Shown one piece after another: positions 11,758 to 25,713 of a stretch of 64,000 bases of DNA; within the stretch, counting starts at the first letter, position 1; the number at the start of each line of letters is the position of its first letter. The notes beneath the pieces are model-generated. The model ran no database searches, was not told the origin of the DNA, and saw nothing but the letters and a program-made list of their open reading frames with translations. Made by a program: the position numbers and the translations under genes. The DNA is from Pavona decussata (Eukaryota), in NCBI GenBank assembly GCA_977016875.1, contig CDRNST010000033.1:992001-1056000 (forward strand). The letters run 5' to 3'.

Positions 11758-13888
11758 ACCAAGGTTGCTATGACACCGTGATCACGTGGGAAGTCACATG
11801 GTCAAGTCAAGTTCGCGGTCTTTTGTCTCAAGATGTCGGAGAGTGATGAGGAAGAAATTGCGGTAAGCTATTCAGGGACCCTGAGCTTCATTTGTGAGGG
11901 AAATTACTTTAATTTGCATTATAATGGCTGCTTTTTTCCCTTGTTATACAGATTATTTATGTCAAAGACCCAGAGGTGAGGAATAACGTGAGTAATTCTC
12001 TTGCGTAAACCCACGTGCTTTACTAGATATGCTTGTTACCAGTATTATAAAAAAAAGCTTTCATTCCCAAAAATCCATATGGACTAGAAGGTATAAAATG
12101 GTGGCAATGTATTCGACAGTTAAATTTCCTTTCGGTGCGAGCATTTAGTAGGTTGAATTCGTAGGAATTTTAAAATTTTGCAGGCTACGAAATGGCGAAA
12201 ACTTGCGCGTCACTTGCGCGTATTCAGGTATAAAATAATTTTGTTGTACTGTACTATTATTGCCAACTTCAAATAAGCTGTCTATTGCATTTGTACTTTA
12301 CAAAATTTAATCAGTAAAATCTTGTCATTCTTTGATTGTTGGACATTTTATATGGAAGTATGTATGCGGTGTTTATTTTCTTTCCGCGTGTGAAATCACG
12401 CTCCTCGCATGATAGTTCGCTCCACGCTTCTCGCTCACCAACCGCTGAAGTGCCTGTTACACAGGCTATGGTGCTCCTGCAGCGGCATCCACAGAAAAAC
12501 CAGCTCGTTGTGAGATGAGCAGGATATAGGTTATAACTAAAATTAGCTGGAATCACTCTGAGACACTCTAGAAACTAACCCAAGATACAAAGGCATTCAT
12601 GTTTTTAGCTCATAGAATAGATTTTTTCCATGTAAAAATGTTTATGTTATTTTTTACCGTTGTACCAGCCAGAGGTAATCAATGATGTCAATAGTAATCA
12701 GTGACTTATCAATGAGAAATCAGTTGGGTGTTGCCAGTGGTCAGTGAGTAATTGATGAGTAATCAGCACCTAACACAATGTTAAGCTAGATTATTGAAAA
12801 ATGGCATGCCAAAAGGTAGTCACCCTGCTATGCATGTAACATTAACATAGCCCCTAATTTCCAGGAAAATGCCCCACTTAAAAGACCAATATGACATGTT
12901 ACCTTACTATTTCAGGTGCAACTCGACACTTCTAGTGACTTCGAGGTGAGTACATAGTTAATAGGAAAAAAATCAGTGTTAACCGATGCTGCACTCTAGA
13001 GCTATCAGCAATGTGTAATAAAATATTATTGTATGTTTGTCATATACCCAACCAAACAGGTCACCAAGGAACATTACAATATATAGCTAGCGAGTCGCTC
13101 AATCTATTTTATAACGCGCAAGGGTGCATACATGACTCTATAAAAAAGACAGGCGTATAATCAATCATTAGTGTTAAAGAATGATGACAACAGAAAGCAA
13201 GAACAACATGGTGCAATAAAACTAGTGCCAGCCCCCTATCATGCAAATAATACATTAAATGTTTCTCTTGGCTAATGCCTCTTATGCTTGTCTTGTGCTC
13301 TACCAACTTTCCACATGCATATGTAACTTGTTATACACATGGTAAGCATGAAGTAATTATTAAATATTTTTTTTTATTTTAATGACAATCAAACAACTAT
13401 TTCCTTGCTGACAAAATCTACCATGATTTTATGTCAACAGTTACAGACCTTTGCTTTTCTATATTCCTTTAGGATGTGTTAGAGGACTTCAAACACTTGT
13501 CTCCAGTTAAAAAACGCTCAAAACCAGATATATCTTTGACACAGAAGGTTAGTAAGTATTGTTAGAGTTAAATTAGAATCGTATACATTCTGCGAGTAAA
13601 TCAGTACTTTCCTAGTTACTTGTCTTGGTACATGCAGTGAATATTTAGCTCAGGTATTGGAAATTGCACCACTCATAAAATTGTTACATAACTACATTCG
13701 GGAAAGTAATGACATATTTTGTATATCCTCATTAGTGAGGACATCGATGACGTCACATTCGCCAATATGTTTGCCTTTTATAATTATTCAATGAAGGAAG
13801 TGGTTGGCAAATGATCAAATGATCTTTGGACCTTTCTCGAAAATCTTCGGCAATCTTCGGAAATTTTCGAAAATGTTAGGAAACATTT

Positions 13889-15566
13889 GTGACCGTACAC
13901 GGGAAAACGTACTTTAACGCTTATCCGTTAAACGGACAAAACCGTTAACCATCCGTTAGCTGCCCGTTAGAAAGCTCTTTCAAAAGCGTTAGAGGCGTTA
14001 ACAAAACCGTTAGCTTTAAACGTTTAGCGTTAGAACGAAAAGTTTACCCGTTAGCCGAAGTTCTGTATCCGTTAGCCGTTAGAATTAGAGCGTTAGAGCG
14101 GACAGCGTAGGCGTTAATACAAAATTTGTATCCGTTAGAACGCCTTGCAGAGGCGTTAGAAAAAATTACCTTCCGTTAAACGGGTAAATCAACTGTTTAC
14201 TATCTGCCGTTAGAATTGCGTGAGAAATAGCCATGTTTCGGTCAGAAGTTTCACTGCTCCGTACGTAAAGAAAGATTTTGCCGAAGCGACCTTTTTAGGT
14301 CATGAAGCAGACGAGCGAGCGAAATTCTCATTTGCAGGCGTATCCTAAACAAATTCGTTATAACTTCTGCGAAAGAAACTGACCATGAGCGAGCGACATA
14401 GTCGCAAGAGGGAAAAAGACGAATCGAATGATTTTATTGTACGTCTAGCGAAAGTTTTGACGATTGGTTTGTGCTGTTGACTGATAATGTTGTTTATGTC
14501 GTAATTCAAGTGGTAAGTCTTTGTCGCGTCAGGTCGCGACTTTGATTTCTGATTTCGTGTGCTCTTTCGAGCGGAAAGTTGTTTACATAAATATGTCCAG
14601 CACGAACGCTTTTTGCTATCAAGTGGTTGTTGTCTTGTATTAGGTTTAAGCTTTCATGGCGATAAAACCTCTTTAGCTTGATGACATCCTGAAATTGGCA
14701 TCGGAATAAATTATTCTGATATTGAACAGGAATTAAGCCGTCAAACGCTCCTCGGTGAAATCATTTGACATCCATGACTAAATAAAATAAAATTTTAAAC
14801 ATTACTTTCATTCAAGTCTTTTATATTTCTGATGGCAGTATAAACGAAGCAAGCAGAGCGTGTGAATGCGCAAGTTCACGTCAACTCCGTCGTAAACAAA
14901 ATGCAAAATAATGTTGACGCCAAAAATAGACGTGGCAAGAAATTGTGCGAACAGTTTGTTTTCATTTTGCGCTCGTTGACTATGTTTACATGAAAATATT
15001 TCAAGCTTTTATGCCTATACCGATCCGGCCATTTCGCTCCACGACAACCTAAAAATTAATTTGCTTCAGACTTTATTCAGATCTTGTCAAACGCTCCTCG
15101 GTGAAAACATTTGACCTTCGCGACTATGTAAAATGAAATTTACATTTTCATGTGTGGTTTTTTATACTTCACATCGTGCAACGTGATTGTGAGATATTCA
15201 GCAGTTCGTGAAAATCTTGTCGGTACACTAGACTGTATCTACCGCTTCTAACGCTCATGCAAGTCGTTAATGTAAGCGTTAGATTTTTTTCTCGGCCGTT
15301 TAACGGCTCCAGCTAAGCGTTAGAACAGGTTGCGTAAGCGTTAGAAAGTTTTCATGAGCCGTTAGACAGAATTAGTTAGGCGTTAGAGCGTTAGGGTTAA
15401 ACGTTAAAACGCTCAAATGATCCGTTTGCCATGACCAGTTTGCCGTTAGACCGTTAGGACAAACCGTTAGAACGCTTTCAAGGCCGTTAACTACCCGTTA
15501 ACTACCCGTTAGTTTTTAGCTGTTTAACGGATAAGCGTTAAAGTACGTTTTCCCGTGTACGGTCAC
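13889..15566. mobile_element. Non-autonomous TIR element, copy 1 (4-bp TSD, possibly Sola-type)
   Basis: TIR GTGACCGTACACGGGAAAACGTACTTTAACGCTTATCCGTTAAAC; ATTT TSD; dense CGTTA(G/A) arrays. Confidence 0.9.
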
Positions 15567-16517
15567 ATTTCTATGATCTTTGGAGGATGTTCGGAAATTT
15601 TTCAAAATTTTTTGGGAAATTACACAGTACAAATTGAGTTGCGCTCATTCGTAAAATATGTTTTTACCACTCGAACATAAAATTCATATCATCACATCGC
15701 CATATAGTATCCTCTACATCTCTATCAGGTTTCAAATGCCTGGTCCTTAGAACTCATAACTCCGTCTTTCTCAAATAGTTACCTACTTCTCGAGTATACT
15801 TAGTGGTGCAACGGCAATCCTGTAATGAGGTAAATCGTTTACCTAATGACAACCTTACAATGTTCACTTACTCTTCCCATAGTCAAACGTTGCTTCAAGA
15901 CTGTTTAATGAAGAGGGAGAAGAGATTGAGAAAAGGTAAAGGACAAAGAACCGGATCGTACACTATGTTAATATTTGCAGAGTGCCATCACGGAGGCCCA
16001 AATCAGTTAACAGTGTTAACTCGTGTCAAGCAAGAAAGCCTACTAATCTGTGGGTCATCACTGGATGCTACCCCCAGTGAAGATTTCTGCTTTCACTTAC
16101 GTCTTAGACCACGTTTAAATAGCGTTATATGAAGGGAAGCACTTGTTGCACATCTTGTGTTCATGTAATTCTTGCGACTGTTTACTTTATTTTAGATAGC
16201 GTGGAAGTGCTGCTTTTTCTTGTTCATTTCATTTTTCCTTCCTGAGGTGGACAACGATTAATCACGTTTTAAATGGTTGCTGGAGTGAAATGTGCTCTCA
16301 GATTACACCAAACAGTCTGTTGAAATTGTGGTACTTTAAATTGGAAAACATGACCCATCCACTTCCCTTCCTCAACCTTTGATCACAAAAAGTGAAGTCG
16401 TAATGGTGATACAAAACTAACTGAAAAAGTGAACGCTGTTGTAATTCTTAATAGATGTATATCAATTACCACTGAATTATTCTTTTCATTTTCTTTCTTT
16501 CTTCGTATTTTTTTTAG

Positions 16518-19089
16518 TTGCAAAATTTAGTATTTTAAAGGAATTAAGAAATGCCCAATCTACTGCTGCTCTGCACCATGCTTCAGCATCCAAGAACTTG
16601 TCTCAGTACTCATATGTACAGATGAGGACAGGGTTTGTACCGAAAGACCAATAGCATGTTGAGGAAATGCCACTTTCATTTTGGACACTTCAACTTTACA
16701 TGAGCGAGATGACTTCAAGGCTGATGATAATGGATCATTTTGCAACCAAAGAAAGAAGACAGACGTTGTACAGCTGGACAATAGTGGTAATGTAACCAAA
16801 GTGAGCAGCCAACCTATTATTCTGAAAGAATGCCAGTACAAGTTGATACGAACATACTGGGTGCATACCTCCAATCCCGACTTTAAGAGAAGAGTTGCTG
16901 AGCTTGAGGACAGCAGTGGCAACCTCTCTCCACTCATGATGCTTCAGTATATATATAGTGGAGACCCAGATGACATAGAAATAAAACCACATGGAGGAGC
17001 CAAGAAGAACCCTCGACCTTTCTTTTCAACAGCCCCTGGAACTCGCACGAAAATATCAGATAAGGCAAGTTCTTCTTTGGGACCATCCTCCATTTATGAT
17101 GAGCTCTACCAGGAAGCAGGAGACGTTATATCTCGAAAAGCATCTTCTGCTGTTCCCAGAAGCATAGACCAAGTCAAGTATCAGAGGAAGAAACTTCGGA
17201 CCAAGCACGAGAAGGACCAGTTAGCTGAATTGATAAGTCTCTCCAACAATGGCTTTGTACGAAATGTGCAAGTAGGTCCAGGCGTGAAAGCGGTCCTTGC
17301 TACAGAGGAGCAGTTGGCAGACGTTGTCCGATTTTGCACCAGTCCTGAAGAGTTTGGCATTCTGGGCATTGACGTCACCTACAATATTGGTGACTTCTAT
17401 GTCACCACAACGACTTACAAACACCTTGCTATTGTTGATAAGTCAACAGGGAAGCATCCAACTTTCCCTGGGCCAATGATGGTGCATACCAATGAAAAGG
17501 AAGCCACGTTCCATTACTTTGCCAGCACACTGAGGGAGCTGAATTCAGACATACAGAATGTTCTGTTTATTGGATCTGACCAACAGCGTTCCATTGAAAA
17601 TGGCCTTGGTCCCCAAATGCCAATTGCGCAGTTTCTTGCATGCAAAAAGCACGTGGAAGACAATGTAAAGATGAAGTTAGCCACATTAGGCGTGCCAAAC
17701 AAGTGTGATGTCTTGATTGACATATTTGGGGACAGCACTTCACGTGGTTTAGTCGACTGTGAAACAAATGAAGACTTTGACAGTAGACTGCTACAACTAA
17801 AATCATCTTGGGAGAGCGTGTCACATGGCAAGGAATTCTATTCCTATTTTGTAACTCATGTTGCAGAAGAAATGAAGTCCAAGATGCTTCTTCCAGTTCG
17901 CCGTGCTGCAGGTTTAGGGGACAACTTCTTCAACAACAGTACCGAAAGTATCAATTCAAGTTTGAAGAGTGAAGTTGAAAAGCGAAAGAATGCCGCCTCA
18001 CCTGGGAGACCATCCAAGTGTTCGTATGGGGAATTTGTAAACATTGCCAATGGTTTTGTTAGCCGATATCGACGTAACGTTCACAGGGCAATTGTTAGTA
18101 ATGGCCCTTACGTACTTGCATCAAGGTATCAGTATCTTGAAGTTGCAGAAGATGCTTGGAGAGAGATGTCCCTGAAAGAGCGGTGTGCCAAAATCAGTGT
18201 TATTGATCCGGTGGGGTCCAAGAAACTACCCCAGAGCGCAAATGCTAGGTCAACTTCAGTTCAACAAGTCTGTATCACATCTCCAGTTCTTTCAGCTGCT
18301 GACACTGGTCTAACTGCACAGGAAAACCTTTCAGACTTTGAAGTAAGTGGCCTTCCCGAGTATCTACGCGGATCCTGGGACAAAGCAAAGGAAATCATAA
18401 GGAAGAATGGAGTTACCAGCATCAATGATGGCACAATGATTGTAGTTTCAATAACCAACCCCCGAAAGCCTCACATAGTCAATATTGTTGATTCAAGAGT
18501 CACGTGTGACTGTGAGAGATTCAAAATGGAAAGGCTGTGTGCACACACCCTTGCAGCCTCCCACCATAAAGAAATTCTTCATGATGTGGTGTCTTCATGG
18601 CAGCCAAAACTATCCGATCTTGTGAGCTCGTCAATTCCTAAGAAAACAGGAAAGAAACCTGGCCCCACCAGGTACCGACCCAGTCGTCAAGCACAAGAGC
18701 GAAATGTTCAAGTTCTGGAAGCTCCTGATACACAGTACCAATTCCAAGATCAAGACAAGCTGAAAATTACCTGGCTTCACGGGTTGAAAATTACCACGTG
18801 TTATGGCTGCAAGTTCTGGAAAACCGCGAGTTACCCAGTACCACCAGAACCCTATGACATTGTTTTGTGCAGAAAACAAATCAGAGCGTATACCCCGAAG
18901 GGGACAACTGGCCTTAGATTTACTGTAAAGCCGAAAAATACGTATTTTTACTTAAAAAGGGCTTGCATTCAGAGTGACACATCTGAAAGAATTGGTGCTC
19001 ACAGCCTTGTTATCACCGAAGATGACAAGCGTCATCTTAAGCAGATCCATTTGAACAAATTGAAACAAGAATTTGGAGTTAACATTTAA
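16518..19089 (+). pseudogene. MULE transposase with SWIM zinc finger: main exon, 802-aa open part, with in-frame stops just upstream
   Basis: GIDVTYNIG, GSDQQRSI, CKKHVEDN and NNSTESINS (DDE plus CxxH); SWIM CDC...LCAH; TGA at 16660 interrupts the upstream frame. Confidence 0.8.
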
Positions 19090-19236
19090 TATGTATGAAA
19101 TGCTTTTCAGGCAGCTTTTCTTAAGAACTGATACATATTAGTTTTTTTCTTAGATATTTTCAAACTTCTACAAAGCTAGTATGTAGTGTAGTTTGCATTG
19201 ATATTTTGCACTGACTTGGATGTCGTATTCTTTGCC

Positions 19237-19365
19237 TGTAACGAGATTCCCCTAACACGTGATCTTTGTATGGTCAATTACACAACAAGAGACTCGAGAC
19301 CTTCGAGCACGAATAAAGCTCAATGATCATGTCAACAGAGTTTGTCTCTTCATGACTTCCTTACA
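19237..19365 (+). repeat. 5' LTR
   Basis: Matches the 3' LTR at all but 3 positions; contains AATAAA. Confidence 0.95.
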
Positions 19366-19376
19366 TGGTGGCAGCG
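19366..19376 (+). promoter_or_regulatory. Primer-binding site, likely tRNA-Leu
   Basis: TGGTGGCAGCG immediately after the LTR, complementary to a tRNA 3' end ...CGCTGCCACCA. Confidence 0.75.
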
Positions 19377-19441
19377 AAAGCGGAAACGAATCCACAACCA
19401 GTACCCCTCGAAGCGAAGACACGAGTAGTAGTCAATCCACT

Positions 19442-22400
19442 ATGGCCACTGGATTTAATCTACCGCCTCCGCCTCCACTCGAGATCCACGACGACAATAT
19501 AGCAGAAAAATGGAAGAAATTTCGTCTTGCTTGGAGCAACTACTCCCTTGCAACAGAATTAAACAAAAAAACAGAGGCGATACAAGTAGCTACACTACTA
19601 ACCGTGATCGGAGAAGAAGCGAGAGATGTCTACTCTACTTTTGACTGGTCAGACGAGGGAAACAAGAGCAAAATCGAACCGGTATTACAACAGTTCGCCG
19701 ATTATTGCCAACCTCGCAAAAATGTTCCGTTTCAGCGCTACCGTTTTAACAAACGGGCTCAGGAAGCTGGTGAGAGCTACGACCAGTATAAAACGGCATT
19801 AAGAAAGCTTGCCGAGGGCTGTGAATTCCACACTATCACATCCGAGGAAATATTGCGTGACCGTTTAATATTCGGTATTCGTGATGTCAAAGTACGGGAA
19901 AGACTGTTGCGAGAATCGCAACTCACATTAAAGAAAACCGACGAGATCTGTCGTGCTTCGGAAAGTACAGCGGCACAACTAAAAGAGGTCAGTGAGGGAG
20001 ATACTGTGAGTGCTGTGAATTTTCGCAAGAAACCTTGGCGTCCACGTGGCAAGAAAGGAGACACCGGCGAGTCAACAAAAGAATGTGGAAATTGTGGGCG
20101 GATACACGAGCCAAATAATTGTTTTGCTCGCGGTAAAACATGCGGCAACCGTGGTCGACTAAACCATTTTGCAGCCGTTTGTCGAAGTGGAAAGCGCCGA
20201 GACGCAAAGAGCGACTCAAGCGTTAAGGCTATTGACCAAGAGGCTAACCACGGCGATGATTCAGACGAAATTTATGTGGTCAGCGAGATTGCAGTTGTCA
20301 CGCTTGACGACACACAGCTTGTAACGCTATGCCTTGAATCTGGGAACTACCTGCGTTTCCAGCCAGACACTGGTGCACAGTGCAATGTTATTCCAGTTCA
20401 TTTATACAAGAAAGCTGCCAATGATCCTGACCTAAAACAGATTAAACCCACTAACTCGGCGATCTCAGCTTATGGTGGTTCAAAGCTTCTGGTTCTTGGT
20501 CAAGTTACACTTAGAGTATGGTGTGACAATGTTACCTACCGTTTGGACTGCAAGCTGGTCGATAACAAGGACATTCGTCCCATTCTAGGACGAAAGGCGT
20601 GCATTGGCATGAACATCGTTAAGTACACCGATAATGACGCCATTAACAAGCCAACTACCGGAAACGCATCAGTTTACTCAGTGGAGGACAATCTAAGCGG
20701 CATGTCAAAAGAAAGTCTCGTGAAACAGTTCCCAGAAGTTTTCGCAGAAGAAGTCGGGCAACTTGATGGCGAATATCACATCAAAGTTGACCCCACTGTT
20801 AGTCCCGTACAGCATCCCCCCCCCCCCCCGCCGAGTGCCTGTTTCTGTACGTGAACAACTCAAGTCAGAGCTGCAGCGTCTGACCGAACGTGACATAATC
20901 GCTCCTATAACAGCACCAACGCCATGGGTCAGTTCCCTTGTGGTCGTCCCAAAGAAGGACGGGAAACTGAGGTTGTGTTTGGACCCAAAGGACTTAAACC
21001 TAGCGATCCAGAGAGAACACTACCCTCTTCCGACCATAGAAGATGTAGCAACACGCTTGCATGGAGCAAAGGTCTTTACAAAACTAGACGTCAGAAATGG
21101 TTTCTGGCATATCAAACTAGATGATAGCTCGACCTACCTAATCACGTTCAACACTCCCTTTGGCCGATACCGGTGGAAGCGCATGCCTTTTGAGATCCGG
21201 TCAGCTCCAGAAGTTTTCCAGCGAAGAATGCATGAGCTAATCGAAGGGATGCCGCACGTTGAAGTAATCGCTAATGATTTTGTTGTTGTTGGTTATGGAG
21301 AGACCATGGAACAAGCGACACAAGACCATGACAAGACCCTGAAGGCGTTTCTTCAGCTGTGCCAGGATCGCGGGCTTAAGCTGAACACTGAAAAGCTAAA
21401 ACTGAGACAGACGCAGGTGTCCTTCATTGGCCATATGGCAACAGGTGATGGTTTACAAGTGGACCCTGCCAAAGTCAAAGCCATTCGAGACATGCCGGCC
21501 CCCACAGACAAGGCTGGAGTGCAGAGGCTACTGGGCCTGGCACAATACCTCAGCAAATTTCTCCCTAACCTGTCGGACCTGACAAAGCCATTACGAGAGC
21601 TGACACAGCAGAATACTGAGTGGTGTTGGGATGACGCACAGAACACTGCACTTAACCAACTGAAGGAAGCAGTCACTCGCACTCCGATCCTCCGTTACTA
21701 CAACCTTAGTGACGAAGTGACCCTTCAATGTGATGCATCACAATCGGGTCTAGGAGCTGCCATTTTGCAGAAAGGGCAGCCTGTGGCGTTCGCATCCAGG
21801 GCTCTAACATCGGCGGAGACCCGTTACGCTCAAATCGAGAAAGAGCTCTTGGCGATTGTCTTCGCGTGCGAAAGATTCGACACATACATCTATGGCAGAG
21901 ATGTGGTAATGGTTGAAACCGATCACAAGCCCTTGGAGGCCATTGTGCGCAAGTCCCTTAACTTAGCACCCCAACGCCTTCAGCGTATGCTGCTTCGCCT
22001 CCAAAGGTACAACCTCGATATACGATACAAGAGAGGCAAGGAGTTGTTCCTCGCTGACACACTTAGCAGAGCCTTCCCACCCGACGAGGAAGTGTCCGAA
22101 TTTGTCCATGAGCTGGAGGAGATTGATCACAAGGACGTACTTCAAGACCTTACTGTCAGTGGTGCCCGATGGCGTCAAATTGAGAGTGCATCAGCAGATG
22201 ATCCTGTCTTGCAAGAACTGCGACTGACCATACAGCGCGGTTGGCCTCTAACCAGAGGTGATGTTTCCCAGTGCCTTTATCCGTATTTTGATATACGCGA
22301 TGAGCTCACCGTGCAGGGTACGTTGATATTCAAAGGGCAACAAATTGTTGTGCCAGCTTCACTTCGAAAGGAGCTTCTCACAGCGACACATGCGTCCCAT

Positions 22401-23445
22401 ATTGGAGTTGAGGCTTGTATCCGACGAGCACGCGATAGCCTCTATTGGCCACGGATGCCAACAGAACTGAAAGAATACATTGCAAAGTGCGATGTCTGCA
22501 TGGCGCACCGCAGTGAGCAAAGCAAGGAGCCAATTCAGCAACATGATTTTGTAGCAAGACCCTGGTCCAAAGTAGCCGTTGACCTTTGCGACCTAGACAG
22601 GCGCACCCTTCTGGTCATATCAGACTATTACATCAATTACCTCACGGTCCATCATAAAGGAGCTCAAAGCAGTCTTCGCGCGGTTTGGCATACCAGATGT
22701 CGTTCTGACCGACAATGGTCCTCAGTTCTCCTCAGCTGAGTTTTCCGTCTTTTCACGCATGTGGTGTTTTGATCATGTGACATCATCACCCAAGTACCCA
22801 CAATCCAACGGCAAGGCCGAAAATGCCGTCAAAACCGTAAAGCGACTCTTTAAGAAATGTAAGGACTCTGGTCAGTCAGAATTTCTGGCTCTGCTTGACT
22901 GGCGCAACACGCCTACAGAAGGAATCGGAACGAGCCCGACACAACGTCTTTTGGGGCGACGATGCAGAACCCTGTTGCCAATTGCAGAAAGCCTCCTGAA
23001 GCCCCGTTATGACACTGGAGGTGATACTCGCGCCCTAGCAGGGGCTAAGCAGCGTCAGCAACACTATTACAACAGAGCTGCCAAGCCACTGAAGGCCATC
23101 ACGCCGGGAGAGACAGTACGCATGAAACTTCCCGGTAAGGACACATGGAGTCCAGGAACCTGTACTGGAAAAGTTGCCGACAGGAGCTATGTGGTAAAGG
23201 TGGGCGACACAGAGTACAGGCGCAACCGCAGACACATACAGAGAACAAAGGAGCCGCCAATTCCAGAGCCCGAACTTCCGGAAGCTGATGAGACTGTTCC
23301 AGCACCTCTCGAAGACAGTCAAGCCAAACCTTTTGACCTAAGCAGCGAGACTCCTGCCACGGACAGCAACAATGGTCTCCAAAGATCGAATCGTACCCGC
23401 CAGGCTCCTGCCTGGCACAAGGACTATGTAATCTCTCGAAACTAA
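19442..23445 (+). pseudogene. Gag-Pol polyprotein (zinc knuckles, protease, RT, RNase H, integrase), disrupted
   Basis: CGNCGRIHEPNNC; PDTGAQ; RT IAND (expected xADD); CDAS..EKELLA; HHCC; SPKYPQSNGKAE; frameshifts at the C14 run (20816-20829) and near 22635. Confidence 0.9.
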
Positions 23446-23574
23446 CCTGGTCCACAGCAGGGAACTTAACCATCCGTGGACACAGAACGTTATATAACTA
23501 GTAATAGTGCATTGCGGACACTTAGTAGCATTCTGTTCTTTGTTTTTTTGGTTTTGTTTTTATAAGGGGAAAGA

Positions 23575-23703
23575 TGTAACGAGATTCCCCTAACACGTGA
23601 TCTTTGTATGGTCGATTACACAACAAGAGACTCGAGACCTTCGAGTACGAATAAAGCTCAATGATCATGTCAACAGAGTTTGTCTCTTCATGACTTCGTT
23701 ACA
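23575..23703 (+). repeat. 3' LTR
   Basis: Direct repeat of the 5' LTR, preceded by the PPT. Confidence 0.95.
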
Positions 23704-24068
23704 TTGCCCTTTCAGTTAAGAGTTATAAAATTGTTGCTGTTACTGTTAAATCAAACTAAACGACCGTAAGAATACTATTTCACTTGAATACGTTTACAGT
23801 TTACATGAAAATGTTGGTGATGGTGGTGGTGGTGGGGGGTTGAAAAAGCTCTTATGCAAGATAAAATATAATTTTGTTGTTACTGTTAAATCGAATTAAA
23901 ATCACCATAAGGCTGTGCTTTCACAAGTTTAGGTTGGTGAAGACGCGATGAAGCTCTTACTTATCATTACTACCGATTGGATGAACTAGTAATTAGTTAT
24001 AGTTTTGTTGATGTTACTGTTACTGTTAAACCAAACTAAAATCACTGTAAATTGTGGCGAGAACATGT

Positions 24069-25713
24069 GTGACCGTACACGGGAAAACGTACTTTAACGC
24101 TTATCCGTTAAACGGGCAAAACCGTTAACCATCCGTTAGCTGCCCGTTAGAAAGCTCTTTCAAAAGCGTTAGAGGCGTTAACAAAACCGTTAGCTTTAAA
24201 CGTTTAGCGTTAGAATGAAAAGTTTACCCGTTAGCCGAAGTTCTGTATCCGTTAGCCGTTAGAATTAGAGCGTTAGAGCGGACAGCGTAGGCGTTAATAC
24301 AAAATTTGTATCCGTTAGAACGCCTGGCAGAGGCGTTAGAAAAATTACCTTCCGTTAAACGGGTAAATCAACTGTTTACTATCTGCCATTAGAATTGCGT
24401 GAGTTTCACTCCTCCGTACGTAAAGAAAGATTTCGCCGAAGCGACCTTTTTAGATCATGAAGCAGACGAGCGAGCGAAATTCTCGTTCGCAGGCGTATCC
24501 TAAACAAATTCGTTATAACTTCTGCGAAAGAAACTGACCATGAGCGAGCGACATAGTCGCAAGAGGGAAAAAGACGAATCGAATGATTTTATTGTACGTC
24601 TAGCGAAAGTTTTGACGATTGGTTTGTGCTGTTGACTGACAATGTTGTTTATGTCGTAATTCAAGTGGTAAGTCTTTGTCGAGTCAGGTCGCGACTTTGA
24701 TTTCGTGTGCTCTTTCGAGCGGAAAGTTGTTTACATAAATATGTCCAGCACGAACGCTTTTTGCTATAAAGTGGTTGTTGTCTTGTATTTGGTTTAAGCT
24801 TTCATGGCGATAAAACCTCTTTAGCTTGACGACATCCTGAAATTGGCATCGGAATAAATTATTCTGATATTGAACAGGAATTAAGCCGTCAAACGCTCCT
24901 CGGTGGAATCATTTGACATCCGTGACTATATAAAATGAAATTTTAAAGATAACTTTCATTCAAGTCTTTTATATTTCTGATGGCAGTATAAACGAAGCAA
25001 GCAGAGCGTGTGAATGCGCAAGTTCACGTCAACTCCGTCGTAAACAAAATACAAAATAATGTTGACGCTAAAAATAGACGCGGCAAGAAATTGTGCGAAC
25101 AGTTTGTTTTCATTTTGCGCTCGTTGACTATGTTCACATGAAAATATTTCAAGCTTTTATGCCTATACCGATCCGGCCATTTCGCTCCACGACAACCTAA
25201 AAATTAATTTGCTTCAGACTTTATTCAGATCTTGTCAAACGCTCCTCGGTGAAAACATTTCACATTCGCGACTATGCAAAATGAAATTTAAATTTTCGTG
25301 TGTGGTTTTTTATACTTCACATTGTGCAACATGATTGTGAGATATTCGGCAGTTCGTGAAAATCTTGTCGGTACACTAGACTGTATCTACCGCTTCTAAC
25401 GCTCATGTAAGTCGTTAATTTAAGCGTTAGATTTTTTCTCGGCCGTTTAACGGCCTCAGCTAAGCGTTAGAACAGGTTGCTTAAGCGTTAGAAAGTTTTC
25501 ATGAGCCGTTAGACAGAATTAGTTAGGCGTTAGAGCGTTAGGGTTAAACGTTAGAACGTTCAAATGATCCGTTTGCCATGACCAGTTTGCCGTTAGACCG
25601 TTAGGACAAACCGTTAGAACGCTTTCAAGGCCGTTAACTACCCGTTAACTACCCGTTAGTTTTTAGCCGTTTAACGGATAAGCGTTAAAGTACGTTTTCC
25701 CGTGTACGGTCAC
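24069..25713. mobile_element. Non-autonomous TIR element, copy 2
   Basis: Near-identical to 13889-15566 and in the same orientation; has its own ATGT TSD. Confidence 0.9.

Larger units (their letters stand above)
19237..23703 (+). mobile_element. Full-length Gypsy (Mag-like) LTR retrotransposon, defective
   Basis: 129-bp TG..CA LTRs at 19237-19365 and 23575-23703; TTGCC TSD; PBS TGGTGGCAGCG; PPT AAGGGGAAAGA; order PR-RT-RH-IN. Confidence 0.95.

Noticed and set aside
13889-14220. CGTTAG arrays as CRISPR or telomeric repeats
   Set aside because: Motifs are 5-7 bp, irregularly spaced and enclosed by TIRs with TSDs; no cas genes; eukaryotic context
20816-20829. Programmed gag-pol frameshift
   Set aside because: The break lies after the protease, inside the conserved QHPPRRVP segment, at a C homopolymer; slippage or sequencing error is more likely
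13889-25713. Composite transposon bounded by the twin elements
   Set aside because: Each copy has its own TSD (ATTT, ATGT) and the outer flanks differ, indicating independent insertions
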